A stretch of DNA of 64,000 bases from Chara braunii (taxonomy: Eukaryota > Plantae > Charophyceae), in contig BFEA01000010.1 of the NCBI GenBank assembly GCA_003427395.1, positions 994,032-1,058,031 of the forward strand, given 5' to 3'. How positions within the stretch are numbered: the stretch's first letter is position 1; each line of letters begins with the position of its first letter. Positions 1 to 13,800 of the stretch are shown piece by piece. The notes beneath the pieces are model-generated. The model was given only the letters and a program-made list of their open reading frames with translations, ran no database searches and was not told the DNA's origin. The position numbers were made by a program, and so were the translations under genes.

Positions 1-900
1 TCAACCTTGAGAGTCGACATTCTTCCTAGGCAGCAAGCTGCTGGGAGACGGGCGAAGCCTCTGAAGAGTCCTGGACGAAGCACTCGGGTCACGGTCACCA
101 TGCCAACCCGCTGGGACTAGTACACGCATGCTTTGCCGCAAGTCCTTAGTTCTGTTGCTTGCGCAATAGAGGCCACGCAGGGCATGCCAGCCCTTTCCGA
201 CATACGCTTTCCAGACCGTCTCTAAATATTTTTGGCTGGGGACTCGGACTTGAATCTGGCTGTGATCGTCGTCCTGTCTACGACGTTAAATAATTCCTGA
301 GGAGATGGGGGCTCTCCTTAAATCCCTCCTGATCAGCCAGATCAACCGGGTGTAAGGCTCGTTACATGCGAGGGTAAATAAAAGTGCAGGGGCTGGCATG
401 TTCGGCGTTGACTTGGGGAACAAGGGTGGGCCGGATTGCACACCTTCAGACACGTTGCTCAACCAGATGCTCAGGAACGTTGACACAAAGTGACCACTCA
501 AGAAGGATACAGAAGGAGGGGGGATTCCTGTAACTGCTCGCAGTGGCAGTCAACAGATAATCTGCCATCAAGCATACATCTCCAACAGGAGATATTATTT
601 TTATTTTGTATTATCTATTTGTTACAGACTTGACTAACAACTGACAGACAGCTACAGACAAATTAGATCTTTGCTGTATTGCAATCTGTTCTAGGGTAAT
701 CTAAAAATAGATTTAATATATCCTGTAGGACCTGACATTAGTTGTTACTATATCACCTAACTGTTTCTGTTCCATCCGACTGAATTTAATTGTGATTTAT
801 AATCGGTTGTGTGTCAGGCTAAGGTAGGATTCAGTGTTGATTCTAGTTTAGATCACACACACTGTAGCTCACAATTGATGCAAGCACTAGTGAGGAGGAG

Positions 901-2807
901 TTGTTAGTGGACGACCGTAGCACTACTCGCGGGACTGCCCGAAGTCGACCCTTGACATTCTTGGAGTTAGGTCCAGGAGACGAGAGAAGTTTGCCGAGGG
1001 AGGCTAAAGAGAGAGCAGCGGCAAGGACAGTGAGGAAAGTTGAGGATAGTGCTAGGGCTAGAGTTTCAGCTAGCACCGGTGCAGCCATGGCTACTTCATC
1101 TATGTCGCAAACCTCTTCACAGTCCACTTCGTCAGGTGTCAGTCAGAGTGGTACTCATGGGTTCACTAGTCAAATTGTTGGCTTGCGAGTCAGCCAGCAG
1201 ACTCAACTCACGCCGGAGGACTTAGAAATCCAGCAAGCAGAAGAACTTCAGGATGAGCTACAGCGGCAGTTGGACGAGGCGGCAGAGAGGAGAAGAAAAG
1301 CAATCCTGAGGAAAGCTAGACTAAGTAGTAGAAGAGGAGCTAGGCAGACTGGAAGGACTAGATGAGGCAGCATTAGACCCTGCTGGTCGTGTGCTGCGTA
1401 ATGCCTTACTTTTAGTGGTTGAAGCGCAGAACGTCCAGCAGAAATTGCTGGCCGAATTGGTGGCAGGCCTGAAACAAATCCTGGCTGAACTTCAGGCTCC
1501 TCGCACAGCAGTGAGGCAGCCGCAGTTTGCTGTAGTTCCCCCTGCGGGTGCGGGTCCTTCATCGATGCCGCAACACACAGGGCAAACTTTCTCTCCTATG
1601 TTTGGCATACCCCCTCCTGGTGGTTTGGTAGCAACTAGTGGTCCGGTTCAAAGAGTCTCAGCCATACCATCCACGACAGTGGTAACTACAGTCCCACTGT
1701 CAAGCCAGGCCAAGGTTAGCGTGCAGCAGCCTGTTTCAGTGGCTCTGCAGCCGCTGCAGCAAGCCCCAGGGCCCATGCAGCCTATGCAGTGGATGCCTAA
1801 GATACCTCTAATGAGTCCCAAGCCCTTCTCTGGAGATAGGAAGAAGGAAGAGGACTTGGACACCTGGGTGAGGACTGTGCCTACTTATGTGAGGCACAAG
1901 CTCACAAGGCTAGAGCAAGAAGTTGTAGTGGCTGCCTCCTTTTTAGAGGGATCAGCAGCCCGCTGGTTGAATGGCTTAAGTGCAGCAGCAGGGCTACGGT
2001 CAAAACCTCGATGCCTGGGCATAGGCTCAGACATTGGAAGAGTTCGTACCGTCCGTGTATAACAGGTGGCATGACCCGCAAGGGGCTCAGAAGGCCACCG
2101 ATGCTATCAACAACCTTTGTGCCCGTAGGTTCAAGGATGTTAGAGAGCTCACGGATATCGTGGAGCGACTACTCGTGGTACCTGGTGTGCGCTTTGACCA
2201 GCAGGTTCTCCTGACGAATTACCTAAGGTGCCTACCTGCAGAGGTAAGGACCAAGCTGGTTGATGAGGCCTATGTCGAACAGCACACCTTCGCTTCTTGT
2301 AGTAAGAAAGCTCTGGACATAGAGGCAAAGCTGGGATCTGCTCATAAGGCATCTCATGATGGTAGAAAGAGACTACCCCAAGACTGGAAGAAGAAGGGTC
2401 AGTTAATGTTCGTTGACCACGATAGTCAAACGACTGAGATTGACGATTTCCCTGACCTTGGGGAGTTGACAGAGCACGATGGGGCCAGTGAGACTTCGGA
2501 TGGGGGAGTCGTGGCACCCATTAAAGAAAAGGCTAGGGGGACCGGGAAGAAGAAGGTAGTACGGACCACGGGTCAGGGAGACCAAGGGACACCCGCATGG
2601 GTGAAGATTGGTTTGGATTGCGAGGTGTGGAGGGACCGAGTTGCCAGGGGCACATGCATGAAATGTGGCAACTATGGCCACACGTCCAGGACTTGCCGCA
2701 GCAGCAAGGTCTCCACGAAGGTAGCCTCACCAACGGTGGTGGGCTTATCTTCGAATCCTGGGAGTGCTTCTGCGAGCAGCTCACAGGGAAACACCTCGGG
2801 CCAGTAG
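901..2807 (+). pseudogene. gag: gag, frameshifted (ORFs 901-1365, 1391-2062, 2034-2807)
   Basis: Retrotransposon gag-like segment PKPFSGD...AASFLEGSAARW and CCHC zinc knuckle CMKCGNYGHTSRTC near 2655-2697. Confidence 0.85.
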
Positions 2808-2978
2808 GAGTGTTAGTCGCTCTTACTCGTGCTGAAGTGGTAACGTTGCCTTCCCCACTTCACGCGTTGCCCAAGGCTAGTGACCCACGCATCGCCCCGC
2901 AGACACATTCAGACCCACCGATGCTCTGTTCGAGAGATGTGTCTGAGGCCCTAGAAGAGTTGGCCAGGGAAGGACCCC

Positions 2979-5900
2979 ATGGACTCTTGGGCGATGATCA
3001 GTAGAGGTCCAAAAGGTGAACATTTCGTGGTAGAAGTAGATGTAGGTGGCCGCAAGGTTGGCGCCTTCGCAGACATAGGCTCTACACGAAATTTCATCAG
3101 TCGTGCTTGTGTGGATAGACTGCGCTTAGGGGACCAAGTGCAGCAGCTTAGCAGAACTGTAGCTTCTACGCTAGCCAACAAGCACCAAATGGTTGTCAAA
3201 GACTATGTCAAGGACGTAGCCTCCACCTTCTCCTATGGAGGAGGGGGAGTGATCCATAAGATCTCCTTCCTGGTGAGCGACGAACTGCCATTCGATATGC
3301 TACTAGGCATGTACAACCTCGAAGTCTCGCAACCTCAGTTCGACTAGGATAGAAAGGTGTTGATCCACAAATTGCCCAATGGTAGAACTGTTAGATTGCT
3401 GAAGTATAAAGCTAGCAGACTAATAGAAAACTACGGGGGTATGTGCGCTTCATCCTTCTATAACTACTATAAGCAGAATCAAGAGGAGGGCATGTATCTA
3501 GTCTTTGTCTCTGAGAAAGGGGAGGTCGTTAAAACACCCCCAGAGATAGAAAGAATCGTCACACAATATTCAGACCTTTTTAAGGAGCCCACAGGCGTGG
3601 TGGAAAGGGAGGTTGTACATGCGATAGAGATTGTCCTAGGTAGCAAGGTGCCTAGAGGACGAATCTATAGGATGTCTCCCGAGGAGTTAGATGAGCTTCG
3701 CCGCCATCTCAAAGAGCTCACAGAGAAGGGATGAATACGGCCTAGTACCTCCCCTTACGGTGCGCCAGTCTTATTTGTCCCAAAGAAGGGAGGACCATTA
3801 AGGATGTGCATTGACTATAAGGGCCTCAATGCCATCACCGTTAAGAACGTGGAGCCCCTACCCCGCATCGACGACCTCTTGGATAGAGTGCAGGGATGCC
3901 GGTACTTCACAAAGATAGATCTGAAGTCCGGATACCATCAAATTGTCGTTAGACCTGAGGACCAGCACAAAACCGGATTTCAAACCACGTACACGAGTGT
4001 ACGAGTTTGTGGTGATGCCTTTTGGCATATGCAACGCGCCTGGTACATTTCAGCATGCGATGAACCGGATATTTCACGAGTACTTGTACAAGTTTATCGT
4101 CGTGTACCTCGACGATATTCTTATCTTTAGTAGGACTGTAGAGGAGCACGCTGAGCACTTGAAAACAGTGCTAGGTCTCCTAAGACAGCACCAGTACAAG
4201 GTAAACTTGGATAAATGCGAGTTTGGTCGCACCAAGATCTGGTATCTGGGTCATGAAATTTCAGCAGATGGATTGAGGCCGGAAGATGCGAAGGTGGCCA
4301 GCATACGTGACTGGCCTAGACCTCAGACTGTTACTGAGGTCATATCGTTTTGGGGATGACGGGCTATTATCGTCCGTTTGTGAAGAACTACAGTACTATA
4401 GCTTCCCCATGAACAGATCTAACTCGACTTGACACCCCTTCGGAGTGGACTGAAGAGTGTTAAACAAGCTTCAAGAAATTGAAGTATGCTCTAACACACT
4501 ACGAAGTTCTCAAACTTCCGGATCCTGACAAGCCATTCATTGTGACCACANACGNTAGCCAATATGGCATAGGCGCGGTCCTTGCGCAACAAGAAGGGCC
4601 CAAGTTGAGACCGATCGAGTATATGAGCAAGAAGATGCCATCTCAAAAGTTAGCTAAGTCCACGTATGAGAGAGAGCTCTACGCACTATACAGAGCGCTA
4701 GTCCATTGGAGACACTACCTCCTAGGAAGATTCTTCTATGTGAGGTCGGACCATGAGATTTTGCGCTGGATTAAGACACAGCCTGTACTGTCAGACGCAC
4801 TCAAGAGATGGATTCAAGTGATAGACATGTATGATTATCAACTTGATCCTATCAATGGTACGTATAACAAAGTGGTTGATGCACTATCACGCAGGGCAGA
4901 TTATCTGGGCGCGCTAGTCACTGAGTTGGGCATATCTAACGAACTCACTCGATCGCTGGTGGAAGCTTATCAGAGAGACCCAATCATGTCAGAAATCATC
5001 CGTAGATTCCAAGCAAAGGACAAGAAGACTTTGGATGAATTTACGATGGTAGATGGCTTGTTGTTCCTTGAGAAGGCAGGGAATAAAAGATTGTGTAGCT
5101 AATAGCGAGTCTTTACGTAGTTTGTTTTTAGGAGAATGTCATGATGCAACTAGTCATTTTGGCTATAGAAAGGCATAAGTGAACTTAGTGCAAAGCTTTT
5201 GGTGGTCTTCTATGTTGGAAGATGCAAAACGTTATGTTGAAACCTGCCAGGTTTGTCAAAGGGACAAACCAAGGACTCAGGCTCCGCTTGGGTTGATCAA
5301 ACCCTTGCCGATCCGTGAAGGACCAGGCCAGAGTGTGTCTGTGGATTTCATGGATACCCTTGTGACCAGCAGGTCAGGAAAGAGACACATCTTTGTCATA
5401 GTGGACCGTTTTACCAAGTACGCCAGATTGATCGCTATGCCTGAAACCGCTGAAACTGACTTTGTCATCAAACTCTTCATGGATAACTGGGTAAGGGATT
5501 TTCGTCTACCTACGTCTATTGTGAGTGATAGGGATGTCAGATTCACGAGCGAACTGTAACAGTCTACTGCTGAACAAATGGGCACAAAACTCCAAATGAC
5601 TTCAGGAAATCATCCTGAGTCAAATGGTCAAGCGGAACAAATGAACCTAGTACAGCAATTGCTTAGGCACTATATCAAGCCAAGTCAGGACGACTAGGTC
5701 GAGAAACTACCTCTCGTTGCCAGCCTGTACAACAACGTTGTGCATAGTACTACCGGCATGACTCCCAACCAACTGCATCTTGGTTGGAAGCCTCGAACCG
5801 CCCTTGACTTTCTGCTACCAGAAAGAGAACCCACTGCAGCACCCGGCAGCATAGAGTTCGCTGTCAAGTATGAACAGATGCTGCAGCAGGCCGTTGAACA

Positions 5901-6450
5901 TATCAGGAAATCTCAGGAAGCAATGATTGCATCTGAGAATAAGCATAGACGGCCTTCTAACGTTCAGGTAGGCGAGAGAGTCTGGATCAAGTCCGCTGAG
6001 CTTGGGCAGGAGTTAGGCATATCTCGCAAGCTAATGCCACAGTACTTTGGGCCCTGGGAGATCTTAGACATTGTAGGAGATCAACCAGACGGTCCTTCAT
6101 ATGTAATCCGCATCCCACCTCACTTGCGTACCTACCCTGTGTTCCATGCCTCTAAGATAGCACCCTTTGCTGCTACTGAGCAGTTCCCTTCCAAAAGATC
6201 AATGCTGCCCCCAACCATGGATGGCGAAGTGGACATTGACCAGATCGTCGAGCATCGAGTGATGCCTGTTCCTCGACCATCACGCAGAGGGCGACCTCCT
6301 AAACCGAGAATGCAGTATTGTGTGAGCTTCAGACATCATCTGGATCCTAAAGAAGACCGGTGGTTCACACGAGAAGAACTCGTGAGAACAGCACCTCAAG
6401 TGATCGCAGGCTATGAAAGAGCCCTCAAGGGGAAGATGCCCGCAGAATAA
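2979..6450 (+). pseudogene. pol: pol: aspartic protease, RT, RNase H, integrase, chromodomain-like C-terminus; multiple stops/frameshifts
   Basis: Protease ADIGSTRNFIS (DTG degenerated to DIG); RT MCIDY.GLN, KIDLKSGYHQI, VMPFG..NAP, YLDD; RNase H YGIGAVLAQ, YERELYA, DALSR; integrase CQVCQRDK, SVDF, VDRFTK, SDRD; GPY/F-like YFGPW and PVFHAS. Confidence 0.95.
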
Positions 6451-6490
6451 GAGACTTCTCAGAGGACTCACGAAGTAAAGGAGGAGGGAA

Positions 6491-7442
6491 TGCGAGGATC
6501 AGGGTCCTCGGTAGGCCTATGGGGCCCTGCTTGCAGCATTACCCGCCCTAAGTGAAGGCGGAGATGCCCGCCCTAAGTGAAGGCGGGCCTGGCTTTTTGC
6601 AAGAGGCCCTCGACTGTCAATTTCATATTTGGGTCCAGGCAGTTGCGACGCGCCAGTTGGTTGAGAGAAACACAGGCCGACCAACAAAGACATTTCCACG
6701 GCCCTCTGGGCCTTTCCAAAGAATGCGGGCCCTGGGCATGATTCGCAGGCTCATACAGAGACAATTGGGCGCCCAACCGAACGAGGCCCAGCAGCCCAGT
6801 AGCTGCTGTACACAGGCAGCTTCCTGGGGCCTTCCGGAAGCTTCTGGGCCCAGGCCAGTGCAGCCAGGCTGCGCGAGCAGGCCAACTCTTTCCATAAAGG
6901 AAAGAGCTCGGCCCTGGCTGCCCCATTCAGGCACTCGCATGCTGGCGGCAGCGCTGCTGGAGCTATTGCTCGTAGGCTGCTGCTAGCGCTGAGAGGGGAG
7001 GTGCAGCACGTGCGGTCGTGCAGAGGAGGAGGGCGCTGCTGAGGGCAGCGCCATAGCCCAGCCACCATAGCTAGTGGGCTTGGACTACACTGAAGCGCAG
7101 GGGTGGTCTTCAGGTGAAACAGAGGACAGACGTGGGTGTAGTCAGGGGATAGGTGAAGGATGATGATGATGATGATGTGACTGCACTTACCTTGTATTGG
7201 CGATGATCTGCATGGGCGACATCTTCAAGTACTTCGGGCTGCCGCTGATGTCAACAGTTGCATTGTCATTTCGTAGTCTGTAGTAGCTGTGTAGGAGGAG
7301 GCTGGGCGCTGAGCGCCAAGTGTGAGTGTAAAGGAACTGGACTCTTGTGTTGAGAGGAGAGAGTATGCTCTCCATAAACATTGGTTTTCAGTGCTACGAA
7401 CCTCCATTGGTGTATTATTGGTGCAATGCTGCTCTCTGGACA
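6491..7442 (+). repeat. 3' LTR of the Gypsy element (end approximate)
   Basis: Starts TG directly after the PPT AAAGGAGGAGGGAA; candidate CA end at ...CTCTCTGGACA (7442). No second LTR in the window to confirm. Confidence 0.6.
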
Positions 7443-7807
7443 TGGTGTGACTATTTGGCTTTCAATGTGATGGTGTGATCTGGAATTGTCATCTCGCTGT
7501 TGCTTATTTACCTTGCATTTTGCAATGCTACAACACAAGATTTTTAGTCCCATGGGAAAGAAGGGCACATGGGCAAGACGGATTAGACTCGATTTGAAAA
7601 TAAAAATATATTGTTCAGGCACCCTTTGGTCTGGATCAGATCCGGATGTACAGACCCAGTTCGAACAGTCTGGTGTCCGCTGTCCGGATGGTCCAGTGCC
7701 TGGGTCGACGGTAGCCATGCGCTACAAATGTCTCTTCAGATGCCATGGGCAGACAAGAAGGGTACACCCACCATCCACAAGAGCATAAACTACAGTGTAA
7801 ACCATAC

Positions 7808-10800
7808 CTTCCTCCCTCATGGCAACACTCCGCTTCAGCTGGTCTATTTCCTGTTGGAGTGCAGACCCCCGCTCCTCTGCTTCCCGAATCACGTCTTCCG
7901 AATCATTCAGCATTCCAATTGATTCTCTACGCACTCTCTGCAGCTCCTGTTCCTTCAGTGACATGGCCTCCCTCAAATCCCCAGCAACACGCTCAAGAAC
8001 CTGCAGCTGTGATTTCAGCTTTGATGCATCCTCCTCCCTCTGCATCGCATCCCTCTTTTGCACCTCAATCTCCCTCTCACGCAGAGTGGCTACTTCAGTC
8101 AGTTCCTCAATCTTGCCTACAAGTTCATCCACCTGTTCACTGAGCTTCTCGGCCTCGTTCTTCGCCTCAGTAAGCTCATGAACGCAGGACTCTTCCTTGG
8201 CTTTTGCATCCTCCAGGGCGCTGCGCTCCTTAGCCATCTCATTCTGCGCATTCTCCAATGCCAGTTCCAACTTCGTCACTCGCAAAGCTTGACACTCAAG
8301 CTGCCAGACCGTTTCCATCTGCCTTTCAAGCCGGACCTCCCTCTCAGCAACTTCACCCTCTAACCTCTCCACTTCATTTGATAAGCGCTGCACTTCTTCC
8401 CTCGCAGACACAAGTGCATCCCTTGCTCTCCTTACCTTCTCGTCAAGGGTGTTCTTCTCTCTCTCCGTCTTCTCAAACTCACCCTTCAAGCGATCCATTT
8501 CTCTACCTCCCTGATCCACAAGCTTTTGTAACTGCGTCTTCTCTCTCTTCAGAGCAACAAGACGATGCCCAGCACTGATCAATTCTTCTCGTAGCTTGGC
8601 CAGGTGGTCTGCATTCTCTGTCTCAACCCTCTGTACCTCTTCTAATCTCTTCTCCAAGCTTTCCCTTATGCGCTTTAACTCCTTGCACTCGCTCTCCAAG
8701 GCATCCCTGGCCCCCTTGACTTCCTCGCACTCTCCTGCTCTCTCATCCCCCCACCTCCTTGCTGCCACATCATCAGCCTCTACTTTCTTCTTTTCTTCTG
8801 CCATCGATTTGATAATGACATCCTGCTCCTTGACCATATTCTTTACTGCATCCAGTTCATTCACCATCTTCTCCATCTCCTGCACTCTCCTATGCAAAAT
8901 GCCAATCTCTGTATCCTTCTCTCGTGTTTCCTTCTCCAGGTGTGCCCTTGCCTGATCAATGGCTTTACCTTTCTTTACTGCCTTTTGGAGTTTGTCTCTC
9001 AGCGTATCCAGCTGCCTAGCCTGGTCTGCGCACTGCTGCTGCAACTTCTCCATTTCCACCCCTTCTGTCTGAGCTTGAAGCAACCGCTGCCGTATTTCTT
9101 CAGAAATTGCCATGCCCCTCTCTTGAACCATGCCTCCCGCTTCACTTCTTCGTTTCGCCTCTTCGTTCAACCTTCGCCTATCCTCCTCTGAACCTTGCAA
9201 TCTGAGCTCCACTTTTCTGACTTCCTCTTGAGCCCATTTATTCTGATTTTCCAGTTGCTCCTTCACCTCTTCCTCCCTTGTCCAACGTTCAACTTGCAAC
9301 TGGAGCAACTGCTCCGTTACTGCATCTAATCTCTCCTGGTGCTCCTGTATTTCCCTCCTCTTGTCATTCAGTTCGCTCAACAGATTCTCCTTATTGCACT
9401 TGTCCTCCACTAATTGCTGCTCCAGATATATCATCTTCTTTGCCAGTTCTTCACGAGTGGACTCGCTTTCAGAAGTCTTTGCAGCAAGACTTGAAAGTTG
9501 TGCCACAAGTTCCAACCGTGCCCCCTCCTTCTCCTCTATTAGCTTTTCCCTCTCAGCTAGCCGCTCCCTCAGCTCCTCCGACTCTCTCTGTACCGCTCGC
9601 AGTTCCTGAGTTTTCCTCTCAGCCTCCTCTTCCCGCATAAAAGCTTCTTTCCCCTCCTTCGTTGCTTCATCCCTAACTCTTTGGAGCTTCTCTGCCAGTT
9701 CGTCCTCTCGCACTTTCCCTCTCTCCAAATCACCCCTCAGTCCCTCCAACTCTGCCTCTACCTGGTTCACTCTCTTCTCTTTCTCCAGCAGCATATCATT
9801 TAACCTCCCCACCTCCCCCTCCAGGGCCTTGATAGTTTCCGTGTATCTCCCCAGCTCCTTTTGCAAGCCATCCATGTTCTGTTTGTCGTGCTCACTCTCT
9901 TTATGCATACTTTCCACTTCTCTCTCCATAATTCCTGCTCTCTCCTGCTCCTGTCCCAGCTGCATTGCCAAGATCTCCACCTGCCTCCGCAGTCCTCCCA
10001 GCTCCCTCTCGCGGACCTCCACTTCCATCTTCTTCCTCCCACTTTCTGCCTCTAGCTCCGACAACAGTTGGTCACCTCGCGCCTCCAAGGACACAATTTC
10101 TTCCTCTAAATGCTTAGCCCTCTTTGCTGCTGCCTGCAGCTCCTCTTCCCTCCTTTGCAGCACATCTTCCACCTCCTTCACCCTCTCCATGGTCTCTGCT
10201 TTCCCCTTTTCCAGCTCTTCCCTCATCACGTTCACAGCCTTTTCCCTCTTCTCTACCTCCTCTTTTAGCTTTGCAGCCTCTGCTTCTGCGGCCTGCACGG
10301 CACTGCTTCTCCTACTCATATCACCTTCTAACCTCTCCTTCATTCGTCCCATCTCAACTTCCTTCCCCAACAAATCTGCTCTCAGTCTTTCAACTTCCTC
10401 CGCCAAAATGTCAACTCGCTCATATGACCTCCGGAGTTCTTCCTCCTTCGAGGATACTTCTGCTGCATTTTCCTCCTTGATCAAAACCAACTCCTCCTCC
10501 AAATGAGCACATCGCTCCCTGACCGTAGCCAATCTTCCAGTAAGTTCCGCCACATTCTCCCTCTCCATATGCACTTCCGATTCCCTCTCTGTCAATTGCT
10601 GCTGCAGCTCCGCCCTGAGAGCTACCATGGATTCTTCTCTGCCTGCCAATCTCCCCCGGAGCTCAGCCACCTCACCCATCAACCTATCTACAACACTCCT
10701 CGCTTCCATGGCAGCAGCCACTTGATCTTCCATTTCTTTCCCCATCTCACGTCTTGCCTCATCCATAGCTTCTTCCTTTGATGCAGCAAATGCACTCAAA

Positions 10801-13800
10801 CAATCACTTTCCATTCCCAACACCTCTACCCTTGCTTCTACCCTTTCGAGCTCGGCTTCTAAGGATGCGACTGCTCTCCTCTTCTCCTCCACCTCTCCCC
10901 GCATGTCTTCGAGCTCCCTCTCCCTCTCATCCAGCAAGGCATGCAATTTCGCCAGTTCAATTTCCTTCCCATTCATGGCTCTCTCCATATCTTTCAACAC
11001 ATCTCCTTGTTTACTCTCCCTGTCAACAACCTCGCACTTGGTTGTTTTTTCTCCTGCCTCTCCTTTCCTATCCTCAGCCAAGGTTACCCGACAGGCAGGG
11101 CCTCCTGCAGAATTGTTCAGGCGCATGGCTTCCATCTCCAGATCCATCTCTCTGATTCTCTGTCGAAGAGCCATGACCTCACTTGCATCCAAGAAACTCC
11201 CTCGCGTCTGTGAGCTGAGATCCTTATTCTCATCTCCCTGACCCGATCCAGATTTTACAGATGATTGTTCCATCATCGTCGTTGTGTTTGACCCTCCTTT
11301 CTCACACCCTTCACCTCCCTGTTGTGAGGAAACATCCCCTTCTTTCTCTGTCTGTTCTGTTAGAGCACCGAAGTCTGCAGCAGTAGCAGAAGCGACAGCT
11401 TTCAAGCTCCCGAGCTCATCATCAAGCTTCTTCGCTCTCTCCTCTGCATCCTCTTTCAGTAACTTCATTTTCTTGGCCATCCTGACTGCCATCGACAGCT
11501 TCTCCTTCAGTGCTTCCAGTTCCTCTTCTGACTTATCGACATTGTCTCGTGCAACGACTACCTCCATTTCCAACTCCCTGCATCTTTCCTCCCCAGATCT
11601 TTCTCGGTCAACAAGCTCATTGATCTGGTCATTCTTTCCCGCAAGCGCCACCCGATACGCGGCAAGCTCTTCTTCAAGATGCCTCGCCCCTTCTTCTTCC
11701 CTTTCCACCCTCTCCCTCAAGCCTTCCAACTCCCACACGAGTTGTTCCTCTCTTGCCTGAGACTCTTCCACCTGGGATCTCAAATCCCTTATCTCCTCCG
11801 CACATCTCTCTGCCTCATCCATTGCTTCAGAAGCCCTCTGCCGCTCCCTCTCCAAGTCCACCCCAAGACATCTCAATCGAATTTCCACATCTCCCCTGGC
11901 TTCCTCCACCCTCTCCATTACCGCTTTGAACCGCTCCTCCATCTCGGCCATTCTCAACTGTGCCTCCATCTTCTCCCGTTCTGCAACCCCCAGCCTTCCC
12001 TCCAATCCCCCAGCTCTCTCCCTCTCTCTCTGCACTACTTCCGCTAGCGCCTCCATGTCTGCCCTGACCTTGGCCAACTCCTTGTTTTTGTCTTGCAGAG
12101 CCACAACCGCTGCCTCCCTCCCACGTCTCTCTTCATCCTTTGCAGAAGCCAGCTCATCCACCTCTGCCACTCGTTCCATCAAGTTAGCCTTCAACACTTC
12201 TCGCTGTTGTACGACCTCCTTTCCCTTTTTGATGGCAAGGCTTAACCTTTCCCTGACACCAATGACCTTCTGCTCAGACTGCGCAAGTTCTCCCTTCAGC
12301 CGCTCTGCCTCTGCTCTAAATGCCTTGGTGTCCTCTTCCAGCTTCGCATTCAGGCTTTCCAGCATGTCGCTGAGCTCATCATTCTGCCTCTGCTTTTCAC
12401 CAAGGCATTCCTGCAACCTCTCAACATCCCCCAAGGCCTCGTTGCACTCTTCTTGCACGTTCTGTGCTTTCTCTTTCCAGCCCTCATTTTCTTCTTTCAT
12501 GCATTCCAACTCTCCCTTGAAAATCCTCAGATCCTTCTTCAGCGCCTCCACCTCTGCCGTTCTACCCTCAATCCTGCGCTCGCGATCTTCCACTTCACCC
12601 ATCAATTGCCGTTCCAACTCAGCGGATTGTTTTTGAACAGACTTGAGTTCAGTCTCTGCCTCTCTGAGCGCACCCTCGAGACATTCAATTTTCCCAGATG
12701 CCTCTGCCAACACCCGCAAGCTCTTCATCTGGTGTTCCTCTGCCTCCTGCCTCAAGGCTACAGACAACCTGTTGATCTCCTTCTTCAGATCTTCAACTTG
12801 CTCTTCTGCCATGACTTTGGACTTTTCTCTCTCCTCCAACTCCGCTGTCTTGGAAAGCAGCGCCTCTCTGGCTCCCGCCATCTCCTGGTGAAGGTTCACC
12901 AACTCCGTCTCCCGTTCCTTCAACAGCTCTGTCATGTTCTCCACCTCCCGAACTGTCTTCTCTTTTTGGGCTTCCAGCATGTTATTCACGTTTTGCCTCA
13001 ACTCCCTCTCTTCGTCCAGCAACACCTGCAGCTCTCTGACTGCTGCTACACTCTTATCCAGCTCCTCCTCGAGCCTCTCCACATTCCCTTCTTTTTCTCT
13101 CAAGTGGGAGAGCATCGATTCCTCAGAGCTAAACCGGAGCCTGATCTCTTCCTCCTTCGCAACCAGCGTTTCATCTAACGTTGCCAGCTCCCGTTTCATC
13201 TCGCACAGGCCCTCCTCCATACCCTTCACTCGGCTAGAAGTGGCATCTCTATACAACTCGGATTCTCTTCTCAACTTGTCCAGTTCTCTTCTGTGTGCCA
13301 TGACAACTCTCTCAACAACAGGAAGCAGACTGTCTTCCTCCTCCGCATCCTTCTCCACAAGTTTTTCTTCCTCTGTCACCCCCAACACTCCCATCCTCAT
13401 GAAACCCACACTGACCACCAGCTCCTTAACCTCTTCCGTCGCCGCCACAATGCTCTCTACAAGGTACTCCACCTCCACCTGTTTCTTCTCTATCATGAGT
13501 CCCAGTCGCGCAATCTCTTTATCTTTCACGTTCCGCGTCTCTCTTAGCCTCGAAAGCTCTTCCTTGTGTTTCTCGAGCTCCTTGCTTTGTGACTCAACCT
13601 CTGCCATCAGCACAACCTCCGCCTTTTCTCGCGCTCCAAGCCGGGTTTCAAGAGCATGAACCTCTTTGCGAAGAACATCCCCCTGGGCCTCTTGCTTGTG
13701 CAAGAAGCCAGCCAACCCCCTGAGTTCTTCCCAAAGCACTGAGGAAAGGGGACCAGCAGCACATTCCTGCCCATCAGCGACCAGCTCCATCTTTTCGGGA

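Larger units (their letters stand above)
1..7442 (+). mobile_element. Ty3/Gypsy (chromovirus-like) LTR retrotransposon, degenerate; 5' LTR outside the window
   Basis: Domain order gag-PR-RT-RNaseH-IN-chromo, polypurine tract at ~6476-6490, then TG at 6491. Many stops and frameshifts. Right boundary approximate. Confidence 0.95.

Noticed and set aside
48-90. Hammerhead-like string GGGC-GAA-GCCT-CTGAAGA-GTC-CTG-GAC-GAAG in the Gypsy leader
   Set aside because: GAAG instead of GAAA, no NUH triplet and no convincing stem III.
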